Below, piece after piece: positions 1 through 12,313 of a stretch of DNA of 64,000 bases. How positions within the stretch are numbered: position 1 is the stretch's first letter; each line of letters opens with the position of its first letter. Made by a program: the position numbers and the translations under genes. Source of the stretch: Trichodelitschia bisporula (Eukaryota); the NCBI GenBank assembly GCA_010356995.1, contig ML996704.1:124001-188000 (forward strand). The letters are read 5' to 3'. The notes beneath the pieces were generated by a model. That model was not told the DNA's origin. It ran no database searches and was given only the letters and a program-made list of their open reading frames with translations.

Positions 1-1995
1 TTCAGATTCATCCGCGGTGGAGGCTGTTCCCAGGGAGTTCCTCCATGGCAGGGAATGGAGGTTCCTCGTGAAAGCTGGCGCTTATCAGCAAACTGTGGCG
101 CGCTCGGCATGAGAACGGGACGCGCAACTCATTGGCTTTGGCATTGCAATGATGGATGGGCTCTTCGATGCGACAGGAACGGATACAGCTAATTGGGAGA
201 AGCAGCGGTATCCATGGAGAGTTTCGTGAGAAGACATCCAGTTCCCACAAGCGGCGCCTCGAGGCGGACCATACTTGCAAGGACGATTTGTCGAGGTTCA
301 TGGTACGCTCACCGTCCCGGTCATGGACCCATAAATTTCTGAGCCATACGTTGAGCAACCCAGGAATATATCCGAAGATGAGAGGTAGTCTGGAGCCGCA
401 TGCTCCAGCAGATGGCCATGATGTTCCAAGGGTTCGGACCAGGGCCGTCCAATCTGCGAAGCATGTCGGCGAGGTGAGCTAGACATGGAGGCAGACGTCT
501 GGGCTTGTTGTCTCCATCGGCCATCACAGGCTAGACACATGTACCGTGGGTGAAGACATAGGGAGCCCGCCAGAGCGTCGTCGGATTCAGTGAGAGCATG
601 TTGGGCGCGGCATGTCCATGGACATCCTCGGAATCAACACTCCGAAGAGCGATATCGACACTATTGTCTACTCTTAGCATACGAAATGGTGCATACGGAC
701 GGGAAGGAAGTCCAGACGGATCAGTGATACCTAGCTCCACATCACCAATCAGCTCCCGCACACTAGCGACTTCGACGCCCCAAGCTTCCCATTGCATGGT
801 CGCTTCGAGGTTCGTCGGCAGGCATGTGATGCATGGGCTCCACCACCTCTCCCGTCGCGCTGCAGAAGGCTGACATTGCTTTTGCAGCACAGTGGTAAGG
901 CTTATCGCATCCCAGGATGTTGGCGACATGGTGCGGGAGCTCGTCATCCGGCACCACATCATCGCGAGCTACCCCTCTCGCGTTCGTCGTCGATCGCCCC
1001 GCACCGGGCGGGCGGACGGCTGAGCTGCTGCCATGTGGGAGGGACCGGTTCGGCTGTTGCGTCCTGCCTCGCGTTGGTGGACGGGCGATAGGGCCAAAGT
1101 TGGTCGGCGATGATCGAATGAGGCGCTGCGGGGAAGCTCAATGGTTGGCGCTTGCTATGCTTGCTGTCCCGGTTTTTATAAACAAGGCATCAGCCTTGTA
1201 GCAATGCTGGCAGGCTGACAGTCGTGGTGGGGGAGCAGACGGGGTATTTGAGGGGGTCGCCGGCCCACGGGCTCCAACGGTCACCAGAAGTGATCGTGCA
1301 GTTGTGCGGAGAAACTCCGAAAACCCTTGTCGATCGTAAGATCGTCTTTGCACCTCTTCACTCTGCATGATTGCATGCATGTCATCGTCTGAGAAATCTC
1401 CCCGCGAACGAACGACGTCAAAATAGGGCGTGGAAAAAAGAAACGGTCGTTCCCCACTGCCGCCTTCACGCCATCTATATCTGGGGGCGCCCCGGTATCA
1501 TCCGTTCACCGACCAGACCCTTGCCCATTCAACTAGCCTAGCTCCGCCGCATTGCTACCATTTCTTAACCCTCACAACCCCACACTCTCGATCGTGCCCG
1601 GGACCTGCAGCAAGATTCTCGAGGCCCAAGACACCAGCTGTTGAGCTGCACAGTGTGCGGCATAGCAAAATATTTGCCGCCGACCGTGGCTCCCCTCACT
1701 TCTTCCCTCGGTTTCGGGTACTCTCTGGCTTCACCTCGCCGAAACCACCGGCCTCCAGATCACCGTACCCTTGTCGGGTAGAAACGGAAGAGAACGAACG
1801 ATCGCCTGGCGCGACCACCTCCTCGACTACATCTATCTCACGCTCGCCCATGGATTTATGAGAGCCTAGATCGACAGCGACTCAGGCTCCTGGCATTTCA
1901 GACGGTACCTGGCTGCCGTCTGGCCGCGTCTTGTCTCACCCACAGCTTTTTCCACCCTCGACAAATCTACCACCTGATCTCTTCAACCGCCCACC

Positions 1996-2511
1996 ATGAC
2001 GACAAACCGCCCCTTCTTTGCCAACTTCCTGGCAGCCTTCCGTGCACACGCAGCTGTGCAAAAGGCCGCGACCACTGCACCTGCAAGCTCGCAATCATAT
2101 ACAACCCACAGCGGCGCACCCGCCACGACCACAACAACCACAACAGCCACTTCCACCTCAAACCAGACCCAGACCTCAACTGCCCACGCCATCCCCTCCA
2201 AGCAGCCCGGTGCCACCACCGTCGCCATCACCACTGTCCGCACGCACTCCACGAACCCGTCGTACTCACACTCGCCTAGCGCCGGCCCCGCGTCACCACC
2301 TGCCGCTGCGTCCATGACAACGGGCGGATTCCCCACAAAGCAGAGGCGGGGATCGGACAGTTCGACAGAGGGGTTTAGGGAAGCTGCGGGAGCGGAAAAG
2401 TGGTATGTTGGGGGCCGGACAGCGGGCGGTGATGAGCGGTTTTACCGCTTAGGCATAGTAAAGCGGCCGCGGAGCATCGACCGTTTGAGCCTGGATCGGA
2501 TGAGCTTGTGA
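1996..2511 (+). CDS. Conserved fungal hypothetical protein (171 aa, Thr/Ser-rich middle)
   Basis: Intact ORF with N-terminal RPFFANFLAAFRAH and C-terminal RRGSDSS.EGFR...EKWYVGGRT..G.ERFYRLG...DRLSLDRMSL, which I recall as conserved in filamentous ascomycetes. Possible 5'UTR intron at ~1905-1945. Confidence 0.8.
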   Translation: MTTNRPFFANFLAAFRAHAAVQKAATTAPASSQSYTTHSGAPATTTTTTTATSTSNQTQTSTAHAIPSKQPGATTVAITTVRTHSTNPSYSHSPSAGPASPPAAASMTTGGFPTKQRRGSDSSTEGFREAAGAEKWYVGGRTAGGDERFYRLGIVKRPRSIDRLSLDRMSL

Positions 2512-4277
2512 GGTATCTGCATATGGGTTTTCGGGTTGCATTTGGGGCGTTTAGGTTTGATGGGATGGACGGGAAAATGGGCCGGTTTATCACAGCATGT
2601 GTTTAAGTACGGTCGACGGATGTTAGACCACTCGACTGTTGATGGCATTGTGGATTGAAAGCTACAGGATAACAGCATGTAGCCGACACTTGAGCACTAG
2701 CAGCGCCCATAAATGTGCTGAACGCAAGTATCATGAATATCACATTGATTCAGGCGACCAAAGCGAGATGCCTTATAGCCCGACGAGTGATGACCTATCG
2801 TGAATGGCTGATTGGCCACTATTCTCCCCCGTTGCACCTCTTAGCCATTGACCTCGAGATTTGAGGATGTGAAGTAGAAACCTCCGTTGCAACGAGAACT
2901 GCGCAGTGTGCAGCATGTTCGTACACCTCGACTAAAAGCGCTAGCATATTTCGGCCTTCTTCGAGAGTGTAGGTCACGCTGCTTTCATCGTCGAATTTAC
3001 ACGGCATGTTTTGCGGTCAATCTGTACATCCGTATATCTCACAGTAGTGTCAAAGAGAGCGCCCATCCGGGACGTCTCAACATAGAACCTCATTATGCTC
3101 ATCATACAATGTGGCAGCAGGCGTTATGGTTATAAATGTGATTGCTAACCAGTACTGTATTATCGCACACATCTTGCCCTTCTATATCTCAGCTGAACTG
3201 GTCGATGTCTTCGTACGGTAACTGTAGGCATTGAGAATTCGTCCGTTTGCGGCGTTGGATTCGGGAGTTCAAGCGGCGACTTTACCAGCCCAAGCACGGT
3301 GTCAAAGTTGGAGATCCTCTTTCAAACGGCACTGAGTTAAAACAGGAGGCTCAATATCCCCTTGTATCGCAGTTTATAGTCCGACGTTCGTATCGCAACT
3401 AACAACCATTCCTAATCACTCTCTAGTATAGCTGGGTATATATGTCTTAATGGGATCGCCGCGACAGTCAGCCTTTCAATAATCTATTACGAAGATACGA
3501 CCGCCGCCGGCTTGGAGAAGACGAATAAAGCATGGCGCATGCGCTCTGCTGTCGTCGGATGCATTGCGACCCACGGGGCTGTCGCGGGCCATTGATGAAT
3601 CTAGAGTCTTGGCAGGTCGGCCCGATGCTTTGGGGACACGGGAAGCGAAGTCGCCGCATCCTCCTTGCATTCAGTCTCATCTTTCACAACTTGCGCAAAC
3701 TCCACCAAGGTACGTTTACAAGCCCAAGCTCTGCGAGAGCTTCCTTGCGACCTAGTCCCGACGTTTTCTGTGCCTTTCTTGATGCGCGCCACTAATTCTC
3801 ATGCAGCTCGCGACCTTACATCTCCGCTTCTTGTTTCATTCACCTCGCCATTCTCAACCTACGACGCTCGACTTTCCCACAGCGCACGACGTACCTTCTC
3901 TCTATCTTCAGATCGCCATTGTCGCGTTGACCAGCGTATTGCTCTGCTGTGCCACAGTATCTCTTCCTTGCCATCGAGAGCAGAGTTGCGGAAAAACCGG
4001 AACGCGTTGTGACGGGCTGGGATGCTAGGTCACATCGCAGAGCATTAGTTGCGCGAAGAGAGAGAACGTGGTGGACGACGGGTCTTGGCTCTGGCGCGGT
4101 GCTTTGGCAGAATCGGTTGTGGTGGGCGTTTGCTTTGGGTGGCATTTACCCTCAGGCTCGACTTGAACTTCGCGATCCTGCGTACCTCCACCTCCACACC
4201 TCACCGCAACCTCCAACTTCTTACAACCTCCACCACCCACCACCTACATCCCGACTTTCCACCACTTTACAACCACT

Positions 4278-7226
4278 ATGGCAACTCGTGGTTCAACTCG
4301 TCCCCGCCGGGTGGTAAGCACAATAGAAGAAGATCTGGCAGTATCCTCACTTGAGGACGGCGCGCCCGACAATTTCGTACCCGTCAAGGCCATGTCTCCT
4401 AGGTCGCGCTCACCATCGCTACCTGCGCAGCAGGAGCTCAAAGAACAGAGCCCTTCTATCAAGTTGAAAGTGGAAGATACAGACAATAACACTTTCGAAC
4501 AGACGTCTGATTCAGAGCCAATCAAGGTTGAGAGGCGAGCGCCTAAACTCTCTCGCACTACATCGGGTAAAGCTGCAGCGAACCCGCCAACCCTCTTTCT
4601 TGAGGAGCCAGACATGTACAAGGAGGCGACTTCTTCTTTTGAAGTGATCACAGATTGCTCATACGCTGCCAAAGGGTTGGCGAAGGCGGAGGAGGCCTCA
4701 GAGTGCGAATGTCGCGAGTCGTGGGGTAAGCTGCCGGACACAACCCCCCCCCCGAAATTAGAGGCCCCATGCAACTAACGCCACTGTAGATGCCTCCACA
4801 GGGCATAATGGCGCCTGCAGCGAACACGATGATTGCATCAATCGCATGCTCAAAATCGAGTGCACCGGTAACGGTTTGTGCGGGAAGGATTGCCAAAATC
4901 GCCGTTTTCAGAAAAAGCAGTACGGCGATGTTTCGGTGTTCAAGACGGAGAAGAAGGGCTACGGCCTGCGCGCCAATGTGCAGCTCCACCCCAACGACTT
5001 TATTTTCGAGTACATCGGCGAAGTCATCGACGAAGCCCGCTTTCGGAAGCGGATGCGCCAGTATGACAATGAAGGCATTAAGCACTTCTACTTCATGTCT
5101 ATCAAGAAGGACGAGTTCATCGACGCGACGCGCAAGGGCAACCTTGGCCGCTTCTGCAACCATTCCTGCAGCCCGAATTGCTACGTCGACAAGTGGGTCG
5201 TCGGCAACAAACAGCGCATGGGAATCTTTGCCCTCCGCGAGATCATCCCCGGCGAGGAGCTTGTTTTCGACTACAACGTTGATCGCTACGGCGCAGATCC
5301 GCAGCCGTGCTACTGCGGCGAGCCCAACTGTACAGGTTTCATTGGTGGGAAGACGCAGACTGAGCGCGCGACCAAGCTGTCAGATGCCACGATCGAAGCC
5401 CTGGGTATCGACGATGGGGACAACTGGGACACTGTCGTTTCCAAGAAGCCGAAGCGTGCTCGTAAGGCCAAGGAGGAGGATGAAGACTACGTCAACACTG
5501 CCCAGGCCAAGGAATTGGAGCAGGATGGCGTGACGAACGTCATCGCTACTCTGATGCAATGCACGGAGAAGTGGATTGCTGTCAAACTCCTCAATCGCAT
5601 ACAGCGCTCTTCCGACAACCAGGACGTCATGTACCGAATTCTCCAGATGCACGGATACCGCGCTTTCAAGATCGTGCTCGGCACCTTCATGGACGACGCG
5701 AACGTCTGTCTCCAGGTCCTTGGGTTGTTGAAGAAGCTCCCTCGTCTTAGTCGCAACAAGATCGAAAAGGCGAAGATTGAGGAAACAGTGGTGCAGCTCA
5801 AGACTCACGACGATGAGTTGGTTGTTGCGCAGTCCGCTGAAATCCTGGAGGAATGGAGCAACCTCACGACTGGGTATCGTATTCAGAAGCGCGATCCAAA
5901 GACCGTCCCTACAGAGTCGGCGTATGCGCGCGAGCGGCGCCAGCGCTCCCCATCTCCTAGCCGCAACCGCACGCGCACGCGATCGGTCACCCCGCCCAGC
6001 GGCCCGTCGGCTCCCACTGGACCGCGCAACAACGTCCCTCAGCGAAACCACTTCAACGGGCCTCGCCCTTTCCGCCGACCTCCTCCCGTTCCCTTGCCTT
6101 CAGGTTGGTTCCAGGCCATAGACGTCAACGGGAAGGTGTACTACTACACCAGCTCAGGCCAGACTACGTGGGCTCGACCGACTGAACCTGTTGTGCAGGC
6201 GCCGCCGAAGCCTTCGCATAACGAGCGCCTGCAACAAATCATCAACGAATGCATCAAGGCTACTGTCATGGAGCGCACGTCTGGTACGACCACACCGAAA
6301 GCCCTAGACGAAGAACCAGTGAAGCCCAAGCCAAAGAAGGAAGAGAAGTGGAAGTCTCTGTCTTTGGAGAAGCAGCAGAAACTGTACGAGAACACGGTTT
6401 GTGGCTCCTGCCTCGTTGCTTCTTATGCTAACATGTGCAGCTCTTTCCTCACATCAAGCCGGTAGTCGACAAGTTCCGCAAGAAGCTTCCGCGCGATGAT
6501 TTGAAGCGCCTGGCTAAGGAGGTATGTGTGCCTGTTCTCTCAATTTGCCATCGCTGACAGTTTCAGGTCTCCAAGATTCTGATGGAGAAAGACTACAAGA
6601 AGGGCCGCGTAACCGATCCGACGCGCATCACAGACAAACAAGCGAAGGCGGTTCGCCAGTTCACAACTGAATTCTTCCAAAAGGCCGTCGTCAAACATGC
6701 TGAGCACCTGAAGCGGAAGGCTGAGCGCGCTGCGAAGAAGGATCCGAGGAAGAGCCCTGCTCCCAAGGAGGCGTCGATGGAGCCATCTGCTGTAAACACT
6801 CCTGACTCTCCCGTCTTCGAACTTCAGAAGGATATTGAGATGTCTGATGATGAAGATATGGTGCTGGCTAGCCGCAGCGACTCGCCTGCTCCGGGCAAGC
6901 GCAGTCGCAGTGTGGAGGATAACGACGACGAGCCGAACACTTTGTCGGCCAAGAAGCAGCGCCTGAGTGCACCGCCTCCTCCCCCCCCGCCGCCTCCGCC
7001 TGCTGAGGATGTTGAACCTGAAGATGATGCTGTCGGCTTCGTGAAGATGAACGGCTGGAAGGCTGCGGAAGTGGTTAAGCAGGAGCCGTCGCCCGCGGAT
7101 ACGGACACCAACCAAGATGCTGATGGCGAGAATATTGGTCGCACCACCCCGGTACATCTTGCTACACCGCTGACCGCCGATTATGAAGGTGAACGCAAGC
7201 TCAACGGTCACAAAGTTTCATCGTAA
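4278..7226 (+). CDS. SET2: Histone H3K36 methyltransferase Set2 (4 exons)
   Basis: AWS (ECECRESW...DCINR), SET ([34 protein letters not shown]), post-SET ([13 protein letters not shown]), WW (LPSGW...YYY...TTWARP) and SRI-like C-terminus. Introns 4726-4789, 6397-6440 and ~6522-6567. Confidence 0.97.
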
Positions 7227-8228
7227 GGATTTTTGAGGCAGTTCACTTAGGCATAATGGTCAGTTTTCCTGCTGGTATCGTTGCATTCTTCGGCGGGCAT
7301 AGCTGCTGCAGATACTCTGTGTTGTGGCTTGGGACGGCGTTGGTGGTTATCATTTGTGAACGATATTGCGTCTTTTGGCTCACGTCTTGAGCCTCAATTC
7401 CCTTGAACCTTGTACATTAGACGGGGATGATCCTTTGCGTCTCAGATGTGGCAAAGTCACGATCCCTACGTGACGGAGGGGGTGGATTCGGAAAAGGTGG
7501 AGGAGTGTTGCAGGTTGTCATTTGTATGGTGCCGGACAGGCGCTTGACGTGGAGAAATGCGATTAGGACGTGGAAATAGCAGTAGCAATGGGACACGCAC
7601 TCATTACACCAGTCTGTGGCCGCAGTATTTTGAAGTTTACTGAAGCTTCCTTGGTCCATGTCGGTACGATACTATGGCCGCTGCTGAAGTACCTGACAAG
7701 CTGAGAGTCATGCGTGCGGTTCAAACCAGTCAACCCTGTGCATCTCTTCGAAGCTTTCGAAGCTTTCGCACAGTCGACAAATGCACATTCACAGTACGTA
7801 TCTCACGCGATAAAGGCTACTGCCTCTGCCCGCGAGGTACCCCGCCCTTTTGCCACCACATGCCAATGGTAGCGCGGAATTGGGGGCGTGAGGTGGGTCG
7901 ACCGGCTTCAATTGCCACATCGGGTCTGGCGCGGCATGAGCTTGTGCCTGCCAAACGGCGGGGCTTGCGGAGAAGGGCTGATTGTTGCTGCACATGAGTG
8001 AGGGGTATGAGTTAAATAGTCCGCGTGTTCCATCGTCAGCGGGGAGAAAGACTGCTAGTATTCTGTTCATCTTGAAGAACTCCTCGTTGTCGTCGTTGAG
8101 CAATTGGGACCCTGGCTGCTTCCGTTGCCGACTTTGCGGGGAAGACAGACCTACGTCACCGCCCTTAGCCGCTGAGCTTCACTTTCCCCACTTCTTCGCC
8201 TCACGCACCGATTGCATTCGACACGATC

Positions 8229-9892
8229 ATGGCGTCTCTCCGTTCTGCTGTACGTTTGCGGCCGGCGATTGCATCGCTGCTCCCATGCGGTGTTGTGAAA
8301 TTCACGCGTTGTCTGAGTGTCGCTACTGCGCCGCCGAACTCGAAGCCTTCGTTCTTCCCCAATGAGCCTGCGGGCCCGTCGGTGAAGACGGCGATTCCTG
8401 GGCCTAAGAGCACGGATGCGATTGAGCGGCTGCATCGTGTGTTCGACACGCGGAGCTTGAATATGATGGGGGATTATAGTGCGAGTGCGGGGAACTAGTA
8501 TGGTTTGCTCCCGGGGGCGGGAGCGGGGCTGACAGTTGTAGTCTTGCGGATCTGGATGGGAATGTGTTGCTTGATGTGTAAGTTCTTAATGGATACTATG
8601 ATGTGAGAGCATTGATAGCTAAGTGATACCAGCTACGCCCAAATCGCCTCCATCCCCGTCGGATACAACAACCCTGCCCTCCTCGAAGCGGCCCAAACAC
8701 CACAAATGGCCTCCGCGCTGATTAACCGGCCCGCACTAGGGAACTTCCCCTCGCATGACTGGGCCGAGATCCTCGAAACCGGCATCCTATCCGTCGCGCC
8801 CAAGGGCCTGAACCAAGTCTTCACGGGACTGGCGGGCAGCGACGCGAACGAGCTCGCCTACAAGGCGGCCTTCATGTACAAGCGGCAGCAACAGCGCGGT
8901 GACGACCACACCAACTTCACAGATGAAGAAGTCTCAAGCGCAATGCTGAACAAAGCGCCCGGCGCGCCTCCGCTCAGTATCTTATCCTTCAAGTCTGCCT
9001 TCCACGGCCGTCTCTTCGCCAGCCTGTCCACCACGCGCTCCAAGGCGATTCACAAACTGGACATCCCGGCGTTCGACTGGCCGCAGGCCTCCTTCCCCAA
9101 GCTACGGTACCCGCTCGACGACCCCGCAAACGCAGACTTCAACAAAGCCGAGGAGCAGCGCTGTCTGGACGAAGTCGAGCACCTGATCAAAACCTTCCAT
9201 GCCCCCCCCGCTGCCGTCGTCATCGAACCCATCCAATCCGAAGGGGGCGACAACCACGCCACCCCCGCCTTCTTCCGCGGTCTCCGCGAAATCACACGCA
9301 AGCACGACGTCCTCTTCATCGTAGACGAAGTGCAAACGGGCGTCGGCGCAACAGGCAAGTTCTGGGCGCACGAGCACTGGGACCTCGCCGACCCGCCGGA
9401 CATGGTTACATTCTCGAAGAAAGCCCAGACGGCGGGGTATTACTACGGTAACCCCGACCTGCGGCCTAATCTCCCCTATCGCCAGTTTAATACGTGGATG
9501 GGTGACCCCGCGCGTGCCCTGCTGTTCAAGGCGATTATCGGCGAGATCAAGGCGAGGGATTTGGTAGCTCACACGGCGCGCACGGGTGAGTATTTGTATA
9601 GGGAGCTTGAGGGGTTGGCGAAAACTTTCCCTGAGGAGATGAGGGATCTGCGTGGGAAGGGGCAGGGGACGTTTTTGGCGTGGGATTCGCCGCGGAGGGA
9701 TGAAGTGCTGAAGTTGGCGAAGAAGGTGGGGATTAATGTTGGGGGGAGTGGGGCGTCAGCTGTGCGGCTGAGGCCGATGTTGGTGTTTGAGAAGCATCAT
9801 GGTGAGTTTGCTGCCTTCTGCTGCGGCGAGTGGGGCTAACTTGTGTAGCGGATATTTTGCTTGATGGGCTGAATAAGGTGTTCAAGGGTTGA
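8229..9892 (+). CDS. UGA1: 4-aminobutyrate (GABA) aminotransferase, PLP-dependent class III, with N-terminal presequence
   Basis: Motifs GSDANELAYKAAF, SFKSAFHGR, EPIQSEGGDNHA, DEVQTGVGATGKFWAHEHW, DMVTFSKKAQ, FNTWMGDP. Three short introns (~8498-8541, ~8578-8632, ~9802-9848). Confidence 0.96.
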
Positions 9893-10125
9893 TAATGGGT
9901 AAGCGAGATTGATCAGTGGAGTGTAAGAGGCTGTGGTGCAGGTATCTAGTGCTTGAAGTGATGGCCCGTGGTCAGCATCCAGAAAGTAGCATACCATCAT
10001 CTAGGCCTCTCACTCATTCCCTATGCCGCAAACTGTGCATCAAAAGAGGTGAATCAAAAACGCCCATCCCATGCCAACCATGTATCGCCAATCACTCAAA
10101 TTTCCTTCCTCCAAACCCACCGACC

Positions 10126-10648
10126 CTACAACCTCACCGCAACATCCAAACACCCTATCCGCCACTCCCTCCGTAGTCCACTCCTCACCCACTCAACAAT
10201 CAAACTCTCCCTCCCCGCCCTCCGCCACCCGCCCACCGCCTGGGGCATCACGGCCCCTGCAACGCCGCGCACGACCTCGCCTATCGCCGCGGCAGTGACA
10301 TTCCCCGTCACATTCGCAATACTGTTGCCTATGCTGCCGCCTGTGTCGTTGGCTCCTGCGGCGGCGCGAGCGGAGCTACCAACCCCGACGCCGGTTAATG
10401 CGTACCGCGGCTCGAACCAGCTGGCCTGGAAGTCGAAGAGTGCGAGGACGAGGATGCCGAGGAGCAGGGAGCAGTATACGCAGGGGCGGTTGAGGGTGTA
10501 GGTTGCGGAGATGAAGAGGAGGAGGTAGATTGGGGAGGCGTTGGTTCTGTGGGGGGTTAGCTTGGTGGGGGAGATGGGGGAGATAGGGAGGGGGGAGGGG
10601 GACGTACAGGAAAAAGAGGATTGGGATCCAAGAGCGGAGGCAGAACAT
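10126..10648 (-). CDS. BC10/BLCAP (bladder cancer-associated protein) family small membrane protein
   Basis: Spliced product MFCLRSWIPILFFL-TNASPIYLLLFISATYTLNRPCVYCSLLLGILVLALF... has the BC10 pattern M(F/Y)CL.W.P...(K/R)PC..C. Intron 10547-10607 (GTACGT...GCTAAC...CAG). Confidence 0.85.
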
Positions 10649-12313
10649 TTTGTGTTTATGTCGTGGTGGTGATAATGGGGGATGTTTTCGAGGGCGCTGG
10701 AGGCCTGATTCGAGTCTGCGCTCGAGCGCTGCGTGAGGCGCGCGGTAGAAGCGCGATGGGTATGATGTATGCGCTGCTGAAGATGATGAAGGAAGTGAGT
10801 GTCGTTGTGTTTTGCCTTTGCCTTTGCTCTTGCGCAAATGTCGATGAGCGGCGTTGAGGCTCGGATGACGTGGGGCTGGGCGGTGGGTGGTGCTGATGGC
10901 GCCTGGCGCTTGAATGAAGCGCGGGGGTCTGTGCGGGGGGGTTGGGCTTGGCTGCGACCGGTACGACTTTGGGATTGGGGGGATCGCGTGCTTCAAGAAG
11001 GGCTTTGGGGACGAGATCGATGCTTGATCCCGAGAACTGCTTTACTTTCTTCATTTGGTTCCTCGTCTTCGAATGTAATCCGTATGGTACGCGGTTGCGA
11101 TCTACGATCCATGGGGACTTCCGACGAGGACTCGCAACCTCGACGAACCAGTTCGTACTCGATCAAGTACCTCTACATGCGCATCGTTCAAGATAGAATC
11201 ACGGTGGCCGTCGGAGGGCGGCCAGTCTCCGCGGCAATCTACCCGAATGCTGAACTCTTGTGAAGCAACGAACATTTTCTGGCGATATTGGAATCCCGGA
11301 GCATAGCGACTTGAGATATTCCTAACAAGATAGGAATACGTACTGCTGGAGCTTGCCTGCTCTCTCAGTTTCCTCGCCAATAGGTTCTTATGTCGCACGG
11401 CATGCGGTAGCACAGGGCAGGGGAGCTTTACGCGACTTCAACATACCGGTCAGTCGCTAGAACTCGGTGGCATTCAATCAGTATGCAGCTGTGGGTGATG
11501 GCATATATCCGTCTGCATGCTACGCGAAGGCTATTTGCCCTCGCCTGACTTCTTCATTGCCTAGCCTACCGCCTCTTTGCCGGTTCGCTTCATTTCCTAT
11601 CCACTTCATTGCCGACATAGGCGCTAGGCTAAGGTTCGAAGGCGATGTCCTTGGAGCGAAATTTACTGTAGTCACGGTCATACTCCGAGCTGGTATTTCC
11701 CTCGTCTGATGTTCAATGCATTCGTGTTTCCGTGTCTACGACTCCTGGATCGAAGATCCAAAGATATGAGGATAGAAAGATCAGATGGTCCAGGTCTCGA
11801 TAATTACACTCGTCTTCGTCGTCGTGCGGTGGGCATCAAAGAGGCAAGTGGTACGTGCTTCTGACAAGGCACCGAACCCGCGCAATTTGGCCCATATTGA
11901 CCCACCTGCCGCAGGCGTTCGCCTCGTAACCGGAATAGGATGCCGGGCCTCATAAGCCGCAATCCGCTTCAGCAATTGCCTTTAACTGCTGCTTCGGAGG
12001 CCGCATTCTCCCCTCCCCCATGCCGCTTTCATTCCCCCGAGCCCAACCCCCTGCCCTACTTCGAGCGTGGGTAGCAGGCAGCTGCCCCGCAGCTTGCCGC
12101 GCAAGCAAGCTCCGCCTGCACGCCACGAGCGGGAGCGGGGCAGTATTAAAATGCCGGCATCGCGTCAACGCGGGGCCTTTCGACACACCCATTGCTCGAC
12201 TGACCAGCCAAGCGACGAAAGCCACCGCGACTTCTGTTAAGCTTCAGTTCAACTACGCCTTGAGAATTGCACAGAGACGCACATATTGCAGCTATCATTC
12301 TCGGGAAAGGACG

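Noticed and set aside
1..1000. Overlapping minus-strand ORFs that look protein-like
   Set aside because: No recognisable motif or consistent splice model; may be a degenerate gene but cannot be supported.
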